From Eledone cirrhosa (lineage: Eukaryota), in assembly GCA_964016885.1 (NCBI GenBank), contig OZ024740.1, positions 53,878,001 to 53,942,000 on the forward strand: a stretch of DNA of 64,000 bases, in the 5' to 3' direction. How positions within the stretch are numbered: the stretch's first letter is position 1; the number at the start of each line of letters is the position of its first letter. A program made the position numbers and the translations under genes. This document shows, piece by piece, positions 1 to 12,077 of the stretch. The notes beneath the pieces were generated by a model. The model was not told the origin of the DNA. It was given only the letters and a program-made list of their open reading frames with translations, and made no database searches.

Positions 1-439
1 TATCTTTTATAAATTATTATTTATTTTCCAGAATTTTTAATATTTTTTCAATATCTTTTATTAGATTTATAAACACTAACTACTTCTGGCTAAATATAAC
101 TTTAACATTTATACTTATTTTGACAAAATAGTCTCATACTAAAGAATAAATAAACAAAACTGGAGTTTTTTCCGTATCTTCCCATTTTAAAATATATAAA
201 TATAAATATTCTTATTAACTCAGTTAACTTAATTTAATTTAACTTAATATTTACTTAAATAAAATACAAAACTAATAACTCATTAAAACAATTATCTATA
301 ACACGATATACCCATCTATTCATTCATTTATCCATTTATCCATTTATATATTTATTTATTTAAATAAACGGTTGTTTTTCAATTATTTACATATTCATTT
401 GCATAGTCACACATAAGTTTGAATAATCCCTAATATATT

Positions 440-716
440 TCCACTACCCAGTGAATTTCCAACCGATAAGGTATGATTTTCATGGGTATGTCTCTATTTA
501 TAAAACAAATTTTGTATTTTATCTGATGAAAGCGTACCAATGTTGTCTTGGTTACCCTTGAAATATATATAATAAAATGAATATGGTTTTATAAATATAG
601 TTTCCATTTATTTAATATCATTGAATATTTACTCCAGTAAACTGTTGAGTGCTCTAAATCAGTTATAAACATTTATATTTGTCGGACTTCCAACAAATTA
701 ATTACTACTTCTACTT
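440..716 (+). mobile_element. PLE-derived terminal repeat fragment (family F1) ending in a (TA)n/(CA)n microsatellite
   Basis: Homologous to 22630-23050, 45870-45962 and 55385-56400 (shared aaatatagtttccatttatttaatatc...ttgagtgct..agttataaa); carries an HHR. Confidence 0.6.
516..578 (+). ncRNA. Type I hammerhead ribozyme motif in a PLE-type terminal repeat (family F1)
   Basis: attttat-CTGATGA(523-529)-aagcgtaccaa..ttggttaccctt-GAAA(560-563)-tatata-TA-ataaaat: 7-bp stem I, imperfect stem II, palindromic stem III, AUA cleavage triplet. Confidence 0.75.
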
Positions 717-746
717 ATATATATATATATATATATATACATATAT

Positions 747-845
<99 letters not shown>

Positions 846-974
846 CATATATAAGTGTATCGAACTAGACAAATTTACTTTGTGCTAGTACGCCGAAATC
901 TCCCACTTGCTCAATGATTTCACGGGACCCGAATTTCCGAAGTGCCGATCAGTGAATCAGCGCACATATTTAGT

Positions 975-1155
975 TTGGCAGTATCGGGAGAGGGTTGGAC
1001 GCCATGCTTTCTAGCATAGTTACGTCCCTTTACAGTCTGAGTTTAAATCCCGCCGAGGTTAACTTTGCCTTTCATCCTTACGGGGTCGATAAAATAAAGT
1101 ACCAGTAATGTACGGGGTAATTGCTGGCCTTGTGCCTAAAGTAGAAACAATTATT
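975..1155 (+). mobile_element. tRNA-derived SINE (family S1)
   Basis: A-box-like tggcagtatcgg, B-box-like gagtttaaatcc, central aactttgcctttcatccttacggggtcgataaaataaagtaccag, tail gcctaaagtagaaacaattatt; about 10 copies in the window. Confidence 0.85.
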
Positions 1156-1629
1156 AATATTAATGTGCGAGCGTTATTTAAGTCAGACCAGACCAAACGA
1201 AATTAATGAACTGATACACTGTAATTGTTTTAAAGCAAATCGATGATATCTAATAAATGAATGCTAGTGTATACGCTAGGAAGGAGATAATAAGTGTTTT
1301 TGTGCCTCTGCCAGATACAACAGCGGTGATAGCGGAAACGGAACTTATATTTTTAAATTTCTAGCTGTGAGAAATGTTAATAGAAAAGGTGGGTGGGGGT
1401 AAAGTTTTTTGTCTGTGTAAGATAGAAAAAGAGCTAGTGTTACTTGGAATGCATACCGAATATCTTTCATTTTTAATCCAATGGTGCAACTAACAAGCTT
1501 GTATGGAAAAGAGATACATTCTTTTATTCCCTTAATTTTTTTTATTTGCTTATGTTTCATTTTAATTTTCTACATTTTCTTTTAGTTTCTGTCCCGTTTA
1601 TTCTTTATAAACTCACTTCCATACATAAC

Positions 1630-1840
1630 AAATCAATGGGAGAATCCATCTTGTGGTTACTCTATTTACTAGAAATAGCAGCTACTCCACCTTGAAGTCA
1701 TACCATAACATATCAAATAGTTAAACGTACATTAGATAATTAATATATTAATATATGAATAAAAAAAAAATGATTGGATAATTACGGTTGGAATACATTT
1801 ATCATAGGTCTAATATTGGTGTGAGGAAAACAGCAACAAT
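1630..1840 (+). mobile_element. Diverged interspersed repeat (SINE-like family S3)
   Basis: Similar to 50230-50420 and 54010-54190 (ctagaaatagca...atcataggtct...aacaacaa tail). Confidence 0.45.
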
Positions 1841-2071
1841 TATAACGTTTTATGAAAAGATTTCGCCATAAAATATACATACCCATACTTTCAAAAACAT
1901 AAATGCGAATGTGTAGGCAACATCTAAACAACTCTAATGCATGCAAATGTACGCATGCTCCTGCATTTCCACTTCAACGTATTGCATACTTAAGACAATA
2001 CCTTACCGTGTTTATATTTATAACTGGTACTTTATTTTAACGACCCCGGAAGAATAATGGACACATTTAAC

Positions 2072-2174
2072 GAAGAAGAAGAAGAAGAAGAAGAAGAAGA
2101 AGAAGAAAAAGAAGAAGAAGAAGAAGAAGAAGAAGAAGAAGAAGAAGAAGAAGACGACGACGACGACGACGACA
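2072..2174. repeat. (GAA)n-(GAC)n microsatellite
   Basis: Directly visible. Confidence 0.95.
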
Positions 2175-2189
2175 GCGAGTGAGGAGGCG

Positions 2190-3450
2190 AAATCAAAAGT
2201 CCTTGTACTTCATATTTTTAAGGTCGCTACATATACAGGATTTCAGTTCTGGAGTCAATTCTTACGATTTCATTCCCAGAAAAAAATAATGACTGCATTC
2301 CGCCCTTTGAATTCTGCATGTCTTCCATATCTTCCGAATGTCAATCGAATACCGGAGGCAAAATTTGTTAATACAAACATTTAACAATCAATTGACACAC
2401 TAATGTGGCAGCAAATGCTTTTATAAGTTATTTAAATTGATAATGTCCTCCTCAGGATATGAACAGTGCCAGTCAGCTTCACTTGCTATATCTTTTTCGG
2501 AGATGGCTTTCCAACTTTCTGGTCCAAATACTTTTCTGTTCCCTTTATTACCATTTCAATTGCACCGACTATCACTGGTATTGTACAAGACTTTAGATAC
2601 CACATTTTCTCACTTTTAATTATCAGGTCATATTACTTACTGAGCCTTCGTAACTCATTCCAGATATTATGAACTGATTGTAAACTTATGTCAATTAAGA
2701 TGCATGTTTTGTTTTTACAGTCCTTCAAATCCCATCAGGTATATTAGCCTTATATGTATTTGTCTGTGTCCACAGGGAAAACCCATAGGATTTTCGTATT
2801 CTCGCCTTTTCTACTGCATCCGGCTGATGCTTGTACCATTTCCCATCCGTCTTTATGCCGTAAAACCTTCATATTACACAGTTTAAATATTGTTCTTGTC
2901 TATCATGCCTAATTTTATTCTCCTCGATAGTTAATATGTTACATTCTGAAACCAAGTCATCAATGGCCTCAAATACTCATCGCGAAATCGACAGTACAAA
3001 TGTCACACCTTCATCAATGCTGAATACCTTAAACGTCTTCAACACTCCTTGAAACTCGGTGTCAATTGTTGGCATACTGTTTGCTATTTTGTAGCGATTA
3101 TTTCGATTTATTGTGCTCTATTGTCAAAGGTACGAATACAATGCAAAACACCATTTAATTCGTGTAGCACACATTTCTGAGTGAATAAATTATAGGGACC
3201 CGAACCTCTTAGCTTGCTTCTTTTTTCAGAATAGAACCTTCTGTTGCTGTTTAGCTGCAGGTCGGCCATGATCAAACTGATTTACGATCAATGTATTTGT
3301 TATGTTGTGCTTTATTCTCAGGAACGATCATATTATCTAATGTGTTTTTCCCTTTATGAGATAGTACAGTTGAGATGGTATGATTCAAGAGATATTTTGC
3401 TCCTATTTCTAGATCGCAGATGTTTTCTCACTGACTTTGGTGCTTATTAA
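2190..3450 (-). mobile_element. Decayed R4/Dong-clade non-LTR retrotransposon, 3' part (restriction-like endonuclease domain and 3' UTR)
   Basis: Minus-strand translation across stops and frameshifts: KWYKHQPDAV..KILWVFPVDTD..PD..KTCILIDIS..KMWYLKSCTIPVIVGAIEM..LTGTVHILRRTLSI*, the PD-(D/E)xK C-terminal signature of R4/Dong; 5' boundary uncertain. Confidence 0.7.
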
Positions 3451-4737
3451 ATAACGTTAGCGGTGCTTTTAGAAAAGCTCTGATCGTCAATCCTTAACAA
3501 TCTCTTCCCCGTTTCAACTAAAAATCTAAATTTTTCTTCATGTTTTTTATATTTTTTTAGTTATTTTATTTTTATGTTTTTAATCAATTGTATACATCAA
3601 ACAGAAGAAAAATGAGAAACAATCGAATTTTGATTTCTAAAAACAATGCAGGCAGTTTTCTTTAAAACGTCATTAAATAATTATATAACATAGAGATAAC
3701 AGGAAGAATTAACGGTTTGTTTGCAGAGAGGATTCCTATAAAAGGTATAAATAATTGACTGAATTGACTGAATCGATAGCAACACGGGAATCATTAGAAA
3801 ATATAAAAGATATTTATACTAAATTTTACTGAAATTCTACCTTTGTGGTTATGGTTCCAAGATGAAGATTGAATTAATGTATGCTTAGAAGTGAAAATTA
3901 AATATAATTATCAATATCGAAGCATTAAAAGACACATAAATACAAACACTCATACACATACACGCAGTTATACTCAAAACGTTTAGATAGCATAGTGTTC
4001 ATAATAAAGGAAAAAAACAAAACAAATGTAAATTTGATAAAAGAGAATACTTGAGCCGTGCTGAAAATATGAATAATGCAGTTATATACTCACTTCATGA
4101 AGGATATTCACTTTCATGAAATATATTCATTTTCATGTATGTATAGTCGAGTAGAAGCTGCGCATAATCCAGCTAGTTGGAATTAACGAGAATGTTATAA
4201 TACTACTTTGATTTCCTCAGTCACAAATCTATTAGGAGTAGGAAAAAATGGAGTTTATGACTCTCCTTTATGAAATAGTGATGCATATTATACATAGTTG
4301 CCATATTTGTAATAGTGTCGTGTGTCAAGTCACGATGAACTACAAAGTGTCTTCAGTTCTAACACTCGGGAGTATTTTGAGGCGTTACAAAATTTAACCG
4401 ACTTAGAAAGTATGTGTGTTATATCACTGCTGTTGTTATTGTTGTTTATCGCAGGTCAGCAATGAAATTTGCATGATACGTTACTCCTGTTTCCAGCCAC
4501 TAGAAAACAAAGAAGTGAAATATTTTCTGGCATAATGATATTGCTTAAAATAACGGAAAAGTCAATCGGTTGGTGTTCTAATGTAATGGTTACCACAGCG
4601 GTATATTACAGGGAAGTTTTCGAGTCCCACAGGCTGAACTGTACAAATTATATGCCCAACTTATTAGACTACTGCATAATAAAAAATGTTGAAGCAACAA
4701 ATTTTTAAATTTCGATCTCTCTCTCACTCTCTGTCTC

Positions 4738-4796
<59 letters not shown>

Positions 4797-5034
4797 ATAT
4801 ATATATATATATATATAGAAGGATTTAAATGGATACAGTTTAGTTAAAAGGAATTTATTGACATGTGTTTCTATAACAGTTACATAACCTGAAAACAGCT
4901 GCTATCTACAAAGTATTAGTTATGCAGACATTCAATATGTCAATGTTATTATCAACTGTCATTTCATCGGAAATATATAAATATGATACCCTATTGTAAT
5001 TTGTGAGGAGGTATGTAATGTCCAGGTGTAAGAT

Positions 5035-5335
5035 TTCTTTGCCCACTTATTCCTGAGAGGGTCATGGGAGAAGATTCCTTAAACACTTCTTCCAGCGGAT
5101 GCTGTCAAAAGCAACCGTTTCCAACTGATCCTGCTTGAACCCCAAGCGAGACCAGCCAATCTCATGGATGTTATCCAAGCATCTTTCTCGTTGTCAACCC
5201 CAGGGTCTCCTGCTGACTGATTTAGCTCGTAACATCTATCCAGTGATTCTTTCCTGAGATATTCTAACCACATGCCCGTAGTATCGGAGCTCAATAATTG
5301 ATTTTGTTATTGTCTCTGATCTCTTCGATTCTCTG
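5035..5335 (-). mobile_element. RTE-clade LINE 3' end (inverted relative to the adjacent body)
   Basis: Minus strand LRYYGHVVRI.. and terminal catgaccctctcaggaataagtgggc, matching the 3' end of the copy at 8878-9100. Confidence 0.75.
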
Positions 5336-5339
5336 CTGG

Positions 5340-6965
5340 ATGTTGTGTTAAGAGGGGTGATAAGCTGTCAACTGATTTCATTCTAGCTATCTGCAATTTA
5401 AGTCTACCTAAATTCAAAGAAGCCCATAGGTCCAGGGCCACCTACAGGATAAATTAGAAAGCGTTGGTGGATAAGGAAGTCAGGACCAGGTATGCACATA
5501 ATATTGCATCCAAATTTAGATAACTCGCTGAAAAAACTAAGGTTATTGAGACAGAGTCAACATTGTTCAACTCAGTAGTTTCTGCTTCAGCTGTTAAATG
5601 CTGCTCGTGAAAGAGGCAAGCTGAGGCGCCGGATAGCAGGAGAACCCCTTGGATCAACCAAACGGTCAAACCTGCTACAAGAGCAAAGGGGTGAGAGTGC
5701 TATAAAACATGGATTAAAAATAAGTCCCCCTCCTCCTTCATGCATTTGAGGTACAAGCAGTCACGAAAAATCGCAGTAGTGACAGTTAAGGCATTTAAAG
5801 TTAAGGCATGGAATGACTTTGCGTTATGCTCAAAACCGACTTCAGATTAGCAAATAAAGTATTCGAGGAGACCATCCACAATTTCGTAATAGGAACTCCT
5901 CCCCCCACACCTGCTACCAGGAACACGTCTGAATATCTTCTCTCTTCTGGGAGGTGCATCTTCGCGCGGTGGAAACATACTTTGCTGATCTCCTAAACCC
6001 GATTATAAAAGCATATTTTGATGTACAAGAAGGGTATCTGGGAGCGGTGATTAATCTTTCGGAGCCTAAGATCACAGGGGCAGTTAAAAAAGTGGCAAGG
6101 TTGAGTGGTAAGAGTTCAAAAGTGGCAAGGTTGCTGGGTAAGATGAAATCCGGCCCGGGATGTTAAAAGCCTTAAATATAGAAGGTATTCACTGGCTGTC
6201 TCGTGTGTGCCATGTGGCCTGGACCTCTGGAAAGGCACCTAAGCTAGAGTGATAATTCAAGAGGGGAGATAAGCTTCCCCCTTAAAGTATATGCAAAGTG
6301 TCTAGCAAAGAGATAAAAAGATGCAGCGAGATTTTCCAAGGGTGCGTACTCTCAAGCATGTGTACTGTCACCTCTTCTGTTCATTATTTGAACAGGATTG
6401 ATATGCGCAGCCAGGTTGAAAATAGTATCACGACTGGCAGGGATAAAATTAGTCGGCTGGAGTTTGCAGACGACATGTTATTTGTTAACTCGACAGAAGG
6501 TGATCTCCGATTTACACTTGATAGGTTTGATACCGAGTGCTGCATAGCTGAAATGAAAATCAGAGCTGAGAAAACTAAGACGCTCGTCCTCTTAAGTGTG
6601 TGCAGTGCACTCAACATATGAATGGAGTTCCACTGAAGCAGGTGGAGAAGTTCAAGTATCTCGGGGCCGTGTACCCGAGTGATGGAAAGCAGCTGCAGTA
6701 ATGCGTCAGCTTGAGCATTCGGCAGTTAGAAGGGAGATATGTGTAAAAGCCAAACTCGCTAACTTCAATTCGGTATTTGTGCCAACCCTTGCCCTTGATA
6801 ATATATCTTGTGTAATGATCGAACATTTACAATGGCGAATACAAGCGGCCGAAATGGGATTCCTCCGAAGTGTTTTTGAAGTAACGTTATGCAATAGAAT
6901 GCGTAGCTCGGACATCAGAGATTCACTCCAGGTAGAGCTACTTCTCTGAATTGAGAGATCACGGG
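5340..6965 (+). mobile_element. Decayed RTE-clade LINE ORF (RT region)
   Basis: LEFADDMLF RT motif (ORF 6298-6621), QVEKFKYLG, and RIQAAEMGFLRSVFEVTLCNRMRSSDIR (6701-6949); many stops and frameshifts. Confidence 0.85.
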
Positions 6966-7084
6966 TGTTGGACTTGAAATATGAACTCTTCAGGCGAAGG
7001 AAGTTTACAAGGTTTAATTAATATTGTATGACTTAAGTAACATTGTCAAATGTTTCTTTGAGATTTGTATACAAGTACAATTCA

Positions 7085-7205
7085 TAGAATATGCAAACTT
7101 GAAGGAATTGAAATCAGAACTTAAAAGAAGCGTAACTAAACTCCTGAAGCCATATTTTAATCGGTCAGCAGTCGGTCCCTCTACTGAATCTGCTAAACCA
7201 CTACT
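7085..7205 (-). mobile_element. Diverged S1-type SINE head
   Basis: Minus strand gtggtttagcagattcagtagagggaccgac...ttctgatttcaattcc resembles the S1 head. Confidence 0.45.
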
Positions 7206-8360
7206 TTTGTCTCCATAGTGATACTCACAGAATTTCATTTCGAAGCAATTTTACGAGGTAAGATATGATTAGTTATACCGGTATGAATGTCTTAATTAGA
7301 AACCTATCTTACTCTGTAGCTTAATTAATTGTTAAAATTGTTATGCCTTAGAGCTCTGCATCATCTGTTTAAATGTACGCACACACTCAATTAAATTTGT
7401 ATATAATTACATACAACAAGACTGACAAAATCCATCCATTTCCTTCAGAACAAGCATATTATCACATAACGGTTCCATAGTTTTGATTAGTTGTATTTTG
7501 CTTCGATTTTTCTTTATGAGCAACTATTAGCATTCATATATTTAGTGACTCTGAACACTGTGTTTTTTTATTTTTTATTTCTCGACTGTCTCTATCACTT
7601 GTTTCAACCTATTTTAAAATTCATTTGGTAATACTAATCAACAGCTATTATTGACAGGGTCGTATGTTCAAATAATTTGTTTAACAACCAAGTGGTGCAG
7701 GTTGTATCTCGCTGCGTGGGACATTACGTGTTTTCTACAATAGTTATATTGTGTGTAACAATATGTCGACAGGAAATTTGGGGAAAACAGTCGTACGCAT
7801 ATGTATATACAAATGAGTGTGAGTGCGTGTGTATGAGTATGTCTTTCCATATTTATATCCTGTAAGGTAACAGCTCGATGAATATATATATATAATAAAC
7901 AAAATTGAGACATGAAATTTCCTGATGAGATCGCAATGAGGTGTATACCTATACATAGAGACACGCTGTCTGAATATGGAGAGTGAGGGGAAACTTCAAT
8001 CAGAGTTATTCCCTTGATGAGAAGCTAGCAAGTAAGTGACTCTTTGTAGCCTGAGCTGGTTCAAACCTTTAGGAACATTTTGTGACGTGGAGAAGTGTAC
8101 GTGGTGAAAGCAATAGACAGTTTTCAATATCACTAGATATCCTCAGTGAACCATACTCATGCTAAAATATTGAATACGGTATATGTACACCAGGTCGACG
8201 CGCTCCATCATCCACTTTTCTAAAAAATAAATAATACACAAAACGCCAACACCAGTTTTGCAAGAGATGTCAACATGAATGGACCTGTTATTTTTATCTA
8301 AAGACATTTTTTTCCAATTCCAACTCGCTCGTCCTCTCAATCAATCTTATTTCTCATTTT

Positions 8361-8396
8361 TCTTCTGATGAAGGACTAGCGTTCGAAATGTTAAGA
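8361..8396 (+). ncRNA. Minimal type I hammerhead motif (family F2)
   Basis: tctt-CTGATGA-a-ggac tagc gttc-GAAA-tg-TT-aaga; 4-bp stem I; relatives at 11810-11845 (-, truncated) and 52253-52290 (+, decayed). Confidence 0.6.
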
Positions 8397-8509
8397 CTCT
8401 CTTCCTACTATATCAAGCGTTAACCTAATATATCCCTTCCATATACTGTACCGATTGTGTTGTTATTTCTGTTTAGCTTTTACATACACATATATATATA
8501 TGTTTGTTT

Positions 8510-8598
<89 letters not shown>

Positions 8599-8877
8599 TG
8601 TGTACGTGTGTACCTTTGTACGTGTGTGTGTGTGTATGTTATTTTAAAGTAAGCTGCTTCCACGAAAACAGTTGAACAAATTGGGTATATACGCCCAAAT
8701 AGTTCGACAATTTACGTAGTCTAAATCACCTATGTTGAAACATATATATCCACAGATAAATCCACCAATTAATGGTATAATTTGTATTATATATATATAT
8801 AGAGAGAGAGAGGGGTGGGGTGGGGGGGGAGCGAGAGAGGTGGGTGGATTAGGTGAGTTATAAATATATCTTCTTCG

Positions 8878-9525
8878 CCCACTTTTCCTTGCGAGGGTCG
8901 TGAGGTGGATTCCTCAAACATTCCTTCCAGTGGATCCATTCAAAGCAACCTATTGACCCAGGTGATTTCTTAACGGGGACAAATGAGCCCGTGGATATTA
9001 TCCAATCAACTTTCTCGGCGTCTATCCTGGGTCTCCAACAAATTGGTTCTGCCCATAAAATCTGTTGAGTCATTCCATCCCCAGACATTCTAACCACATG
9101 TTCTTAGTATCAGAGCTGTGATCTCTCAATTCGGAGAAGTAACAGCCCCCCATGGTCCGACTCTCTGTTCACCGAGAAACAAACTCTATCGAGCAACCTT
9201 TCTCCAATAAGCGTGCGACAGGATTTCATTTCTGCCGCTTGTATTCAGGATTGTATTCTTTCTGTCATTACACAAGATTCATGAACATAGGTATGGCTCG
9301 ACACGATTACCGAACTGTCGATAGCGAGGTTGGCTTTAACACCTGCCTCCCTTTTTCTGATGAGCGAATACTTATACTGGCGCATTACTACACCAGCTGC
9401 TACAATTCTTGCCCTTAAATTAGCCTCGTGCTTTCGAAAACTCGAGGACACGGCCATGAAATACTTGAAGCTCTCTATTTACTTCAGTTGAACTCCACTT
9501 ACATTTAGAATGCACTGCGCAGCCT
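8878..9525 (-). mobile_element. RTE-clade LINE, 5'-truncated 3' end
   Basis: Minus strand VEVNRELQVFH.., LLLRIERSQL, VRMSGDGMTQQILWAEPICWRPR; same family as 5035-6965. Confidence 0.8.
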
Positions 9526-9526
9526 T

Positions 9527-9563
<37 letters not shown>

Positions 9564-9579
9564 TATATATATATGTATA

Positions 9580-10019
9580 TTTTTACTGCCTCCCCTCTCT
9601 CTGTATCTCTCACCTTCTTTTTACCCCCTCTGCCAGTAACACTCTCTCTCAGCTGGCCTCTTCCTCACACTTCTACTCACTCACTCTCTTCTTCTCCCCC
9701 TCTCTCACTTCCTCCCGTTTGACTTGTGTGAAAACCTTTTCTCGCTCACATCTCACCCAGGACGGATGGTCTGTATCTCTCGTCCATGATTTCACCAAGC
9801 TTAAGCTTATAGATATCATGTAGATATCATGTAGATATCATTCCTATCTTTCCGTTGCAATACCATCTTTGTTTGTTTACATGTCTCGCTCGTTTCACCT
9901 ATTTTACTTGTCCCAATAACTTTATTTAGCTATTGCTCGTACCAACCAGAAGTATATGATTTCTAAAGCGATGAAATACCAATGAAGGTTGGAAGATCAC
10001 TGATGAAGGACTAATTTTA

Positions 10020-10022
<3 letters not shown>
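9580..10022 (+). mobile_element. Non-coding element (family N3) ending in a permuted hammerhead, inserted in (TA)n
   Basis: Pyrimidine-rich body homologous to 38490-38830 (tctctcacttcctcc...tttgtttac.tgtctc...tcccaataac); flanked by TA arrays. Confidence 0.6.
9942..10010 (+). ncRNA. Non-circularly permuted hammerhead motif (copy A)
   Basis: agta-TA-tgattt..gcgat-GAAA(9973)-tacc..agatca-CTGATGA(10000-10006); stem I tgattt/agatca. Confidence 0.6.
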
Positions 10023-10053
<31 letters not shown>

Positions 10054-10153
10054 AAGCATCTACTTCCAAAGTGAAGCGTGTTGGGGTATATATATATATA
10101 TATATATATATAAATATATGTATGTATGTGTGTGGGGGGGGGGTGTACGTGTG

Positions 10154-10184
<31 letters not shown>

Positions 10185-10907
10185 TTTTGTAGTGTATGAG
10201 TCTGTGCGAAGTATCAACAATAAATTAAGACTGCCCCATAAGACCCACAGCCAGCCCGGAGAGAGTGAAATAGACTTAGCAAAACGTTACGGATTAGACA
10301 AATAATTCCTTTAGTTCAATTATATAAATTAGCACAATATTGTGAAAGACAATAAACGTGTTTTCTACGAAAAGGAGAATGTAGGAATACAATTTTATTT
10401 GTGCTTTTATATTTGGTTCTTCTGGGGTTTTATTTTTGCGCACGTCTATGATACTCAACAGGTATTAGCTGCTGTGTGGCTTCCATGCAACATTCGTGGA
10501 TCATCTGAACATTATAAGTATCGTTTAAAAGTAAATTACCCAAAATATAGTGAACATAGGGAATAGGTGAGGTTTTATAATTTAGTTGTTAATAAACTCA
10601 GGATATACATATAGGGTATAAATCGCAGTATGGGAGTTAACAATCGAGTTATTTGAGGTAGTTACAAAGCACTCGATGGTGGGAAAAGTTAATACAATTC
10701 TCGCCCAGTTAAGGAAGTGTCACACTTGAATAAACACATGTGTATATATATACATGAAATCCACCCAGCTTATGCTGACCGGACAACCATGTTGCTTGTT
10801 TTTTTTTCTCATCTTTGGTTCGCTTTTATCCTTCTATATTGTTTACTTGTCCCCCGCTCTTTACGCAATTTACTGGTCCCAATAACTTTTTTTAGTTATT
10901 GCTCGCA

Positions 10908-10976
10908 CCAACCTGAGGTATATGATTTTTAATGCGATGAAATACCAATGATGGTTGGAAAATCACTGACGAAGGA
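10908..10976 (+). ncRNA. Non-circularly permuted hammerhead motif with kink-turn (copy B, apparently intact)
   Basis: ccaac-CTGA-ggta-TA-tgatttt-taatgcgat-GAAA(10939)-tacc-aatGATG-gttgg-aaaatca-CTGACGA(10966-10972). Confidence 0.7.
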
Positions 10977-11056
10977 CTATTTTTATCATATGTAACCCAT
11001 GAGCAACCACGCAGTATTCATCTTTCTTCTCATGTTTGTTATGTATATATATATAT

Positions 11057-11751
11057 ACTAGCAGCAGTACCCATCGTTGCCTGGGTAGGTAAAATAATAT
11101 CTGCTTTGATGAAAAGTTGTTGATCTTAGCGACTGCTTCTCGATGACTCATCTATGGCCACACACAGGCCATGCGGGGGAGGGTGGTGATGACCTCTATC
11201 ACTGAGAAACGCGGGTGACTGGCGAAGCGGCATGCTGGGGGAGGGAGGTAATGACCTCTAACACTAAGACAAATTTCCTCACGCTACTTGATTGGACACC
11301 GATGAATTCTCAAATGCACAACTAAAAGCTCAGACGACGTCAGTGGCCATCGTTTTGCCTTTGACCATCTATAAGATGTGCAATGATAGTCTAAAAGTGG
11401 TATTTTTGAATATTTAAGCGGCTGCCACGCCGTCCCTGAACAACAAATGCAAAATATAAAGCCATTACAGGATGTGCAATGATAAATTCTATTTTGCTTT
11501 AAAATTTGAACGAAATCAGTGGCAAAATGTGGGAGATAGAGCCAAATATCTTATTTTTCGATACCTAAAAACAGGTTATCCCCCGCCTATCGATTTTTAT
11601 CTGCAGAATGACCCCGGAATAAAAAAAAAAAGATACGCTGATATATAGAAAACACTCCCCGATGACTAATCTATGAGCCTGTAAAGTTTCATAAAAATCG
11701 GTCGTAAGATATAGACCCCTATAGGTAATACACCGAAACACACACACATAG

Positions 11752-11770
<19 letters not shown>
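11057..11770 (+). mobile_element. Helentron-associated non-autonomous element (HINE/DINE-1-like)
   Basis: 5' tactagcagcagtacccatcgttgcctgggta (short hairpin); 3' aaagtttcataaaaatcggtc...(CA)n..ttttatatatata; inserted in TA context. Confidence 0.65.
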
Positions 11771-11790
<20 letters not shown>

Positions 11791-11939
11791 TTTAACGCTT
11801 GAACTAGCTGGAAGAGAGTCTTAACTATTCGGACACTAGCCCTTAAACACACACACACACACACACATATATGTATATATATATAAATTAATAAAATAAT
11901 GAATAAACAAAGAAACAGTTCCTTATATTAAAAAAATTC

Positions 11940-12077
11940 ATCATTTTACGATCGTTTCTAGGATATATATGTGTTAGAGTTGGTATGCATATTCTATAGA
12001 TCTATGTACAATATTTATACAAACTATCAGAGGGAATATACATACCTACACATATATATGCTGTCTTCAGAAATAAT
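11940..12077 (-). ncRNA. Type I hammerhead with long stem II
   Basis: attattt-CTGAAGA-cagcatatatatgtg...cacatatatatccta-GAAA-cgatcg-TA-aaatgat: 7-bp stem I, palindromic ACGATCGT stem III, GUA triplet. Confidence 0.8.

Noticed and set aside
975-1060. tRNA genes at SINE heads
   Set aside because: No complete cloverleaf; all are followed by SINE body and tail
7915-7990. CTGATGA at 7922-7928 as a hammerhead core
   Set aside because: No correctly placed GAAA, stem III or NUH in either normal or permuted order
10920-10945. TTTAATGCG loop as a twister ribozyme, or ATGA..AAA..TGA as a SECIS
   Set aside because: Twister pseudoknots are absent and the SECIS helix geometry is wrong; the permuted hammerhead plus k-turn explains all conserved bases
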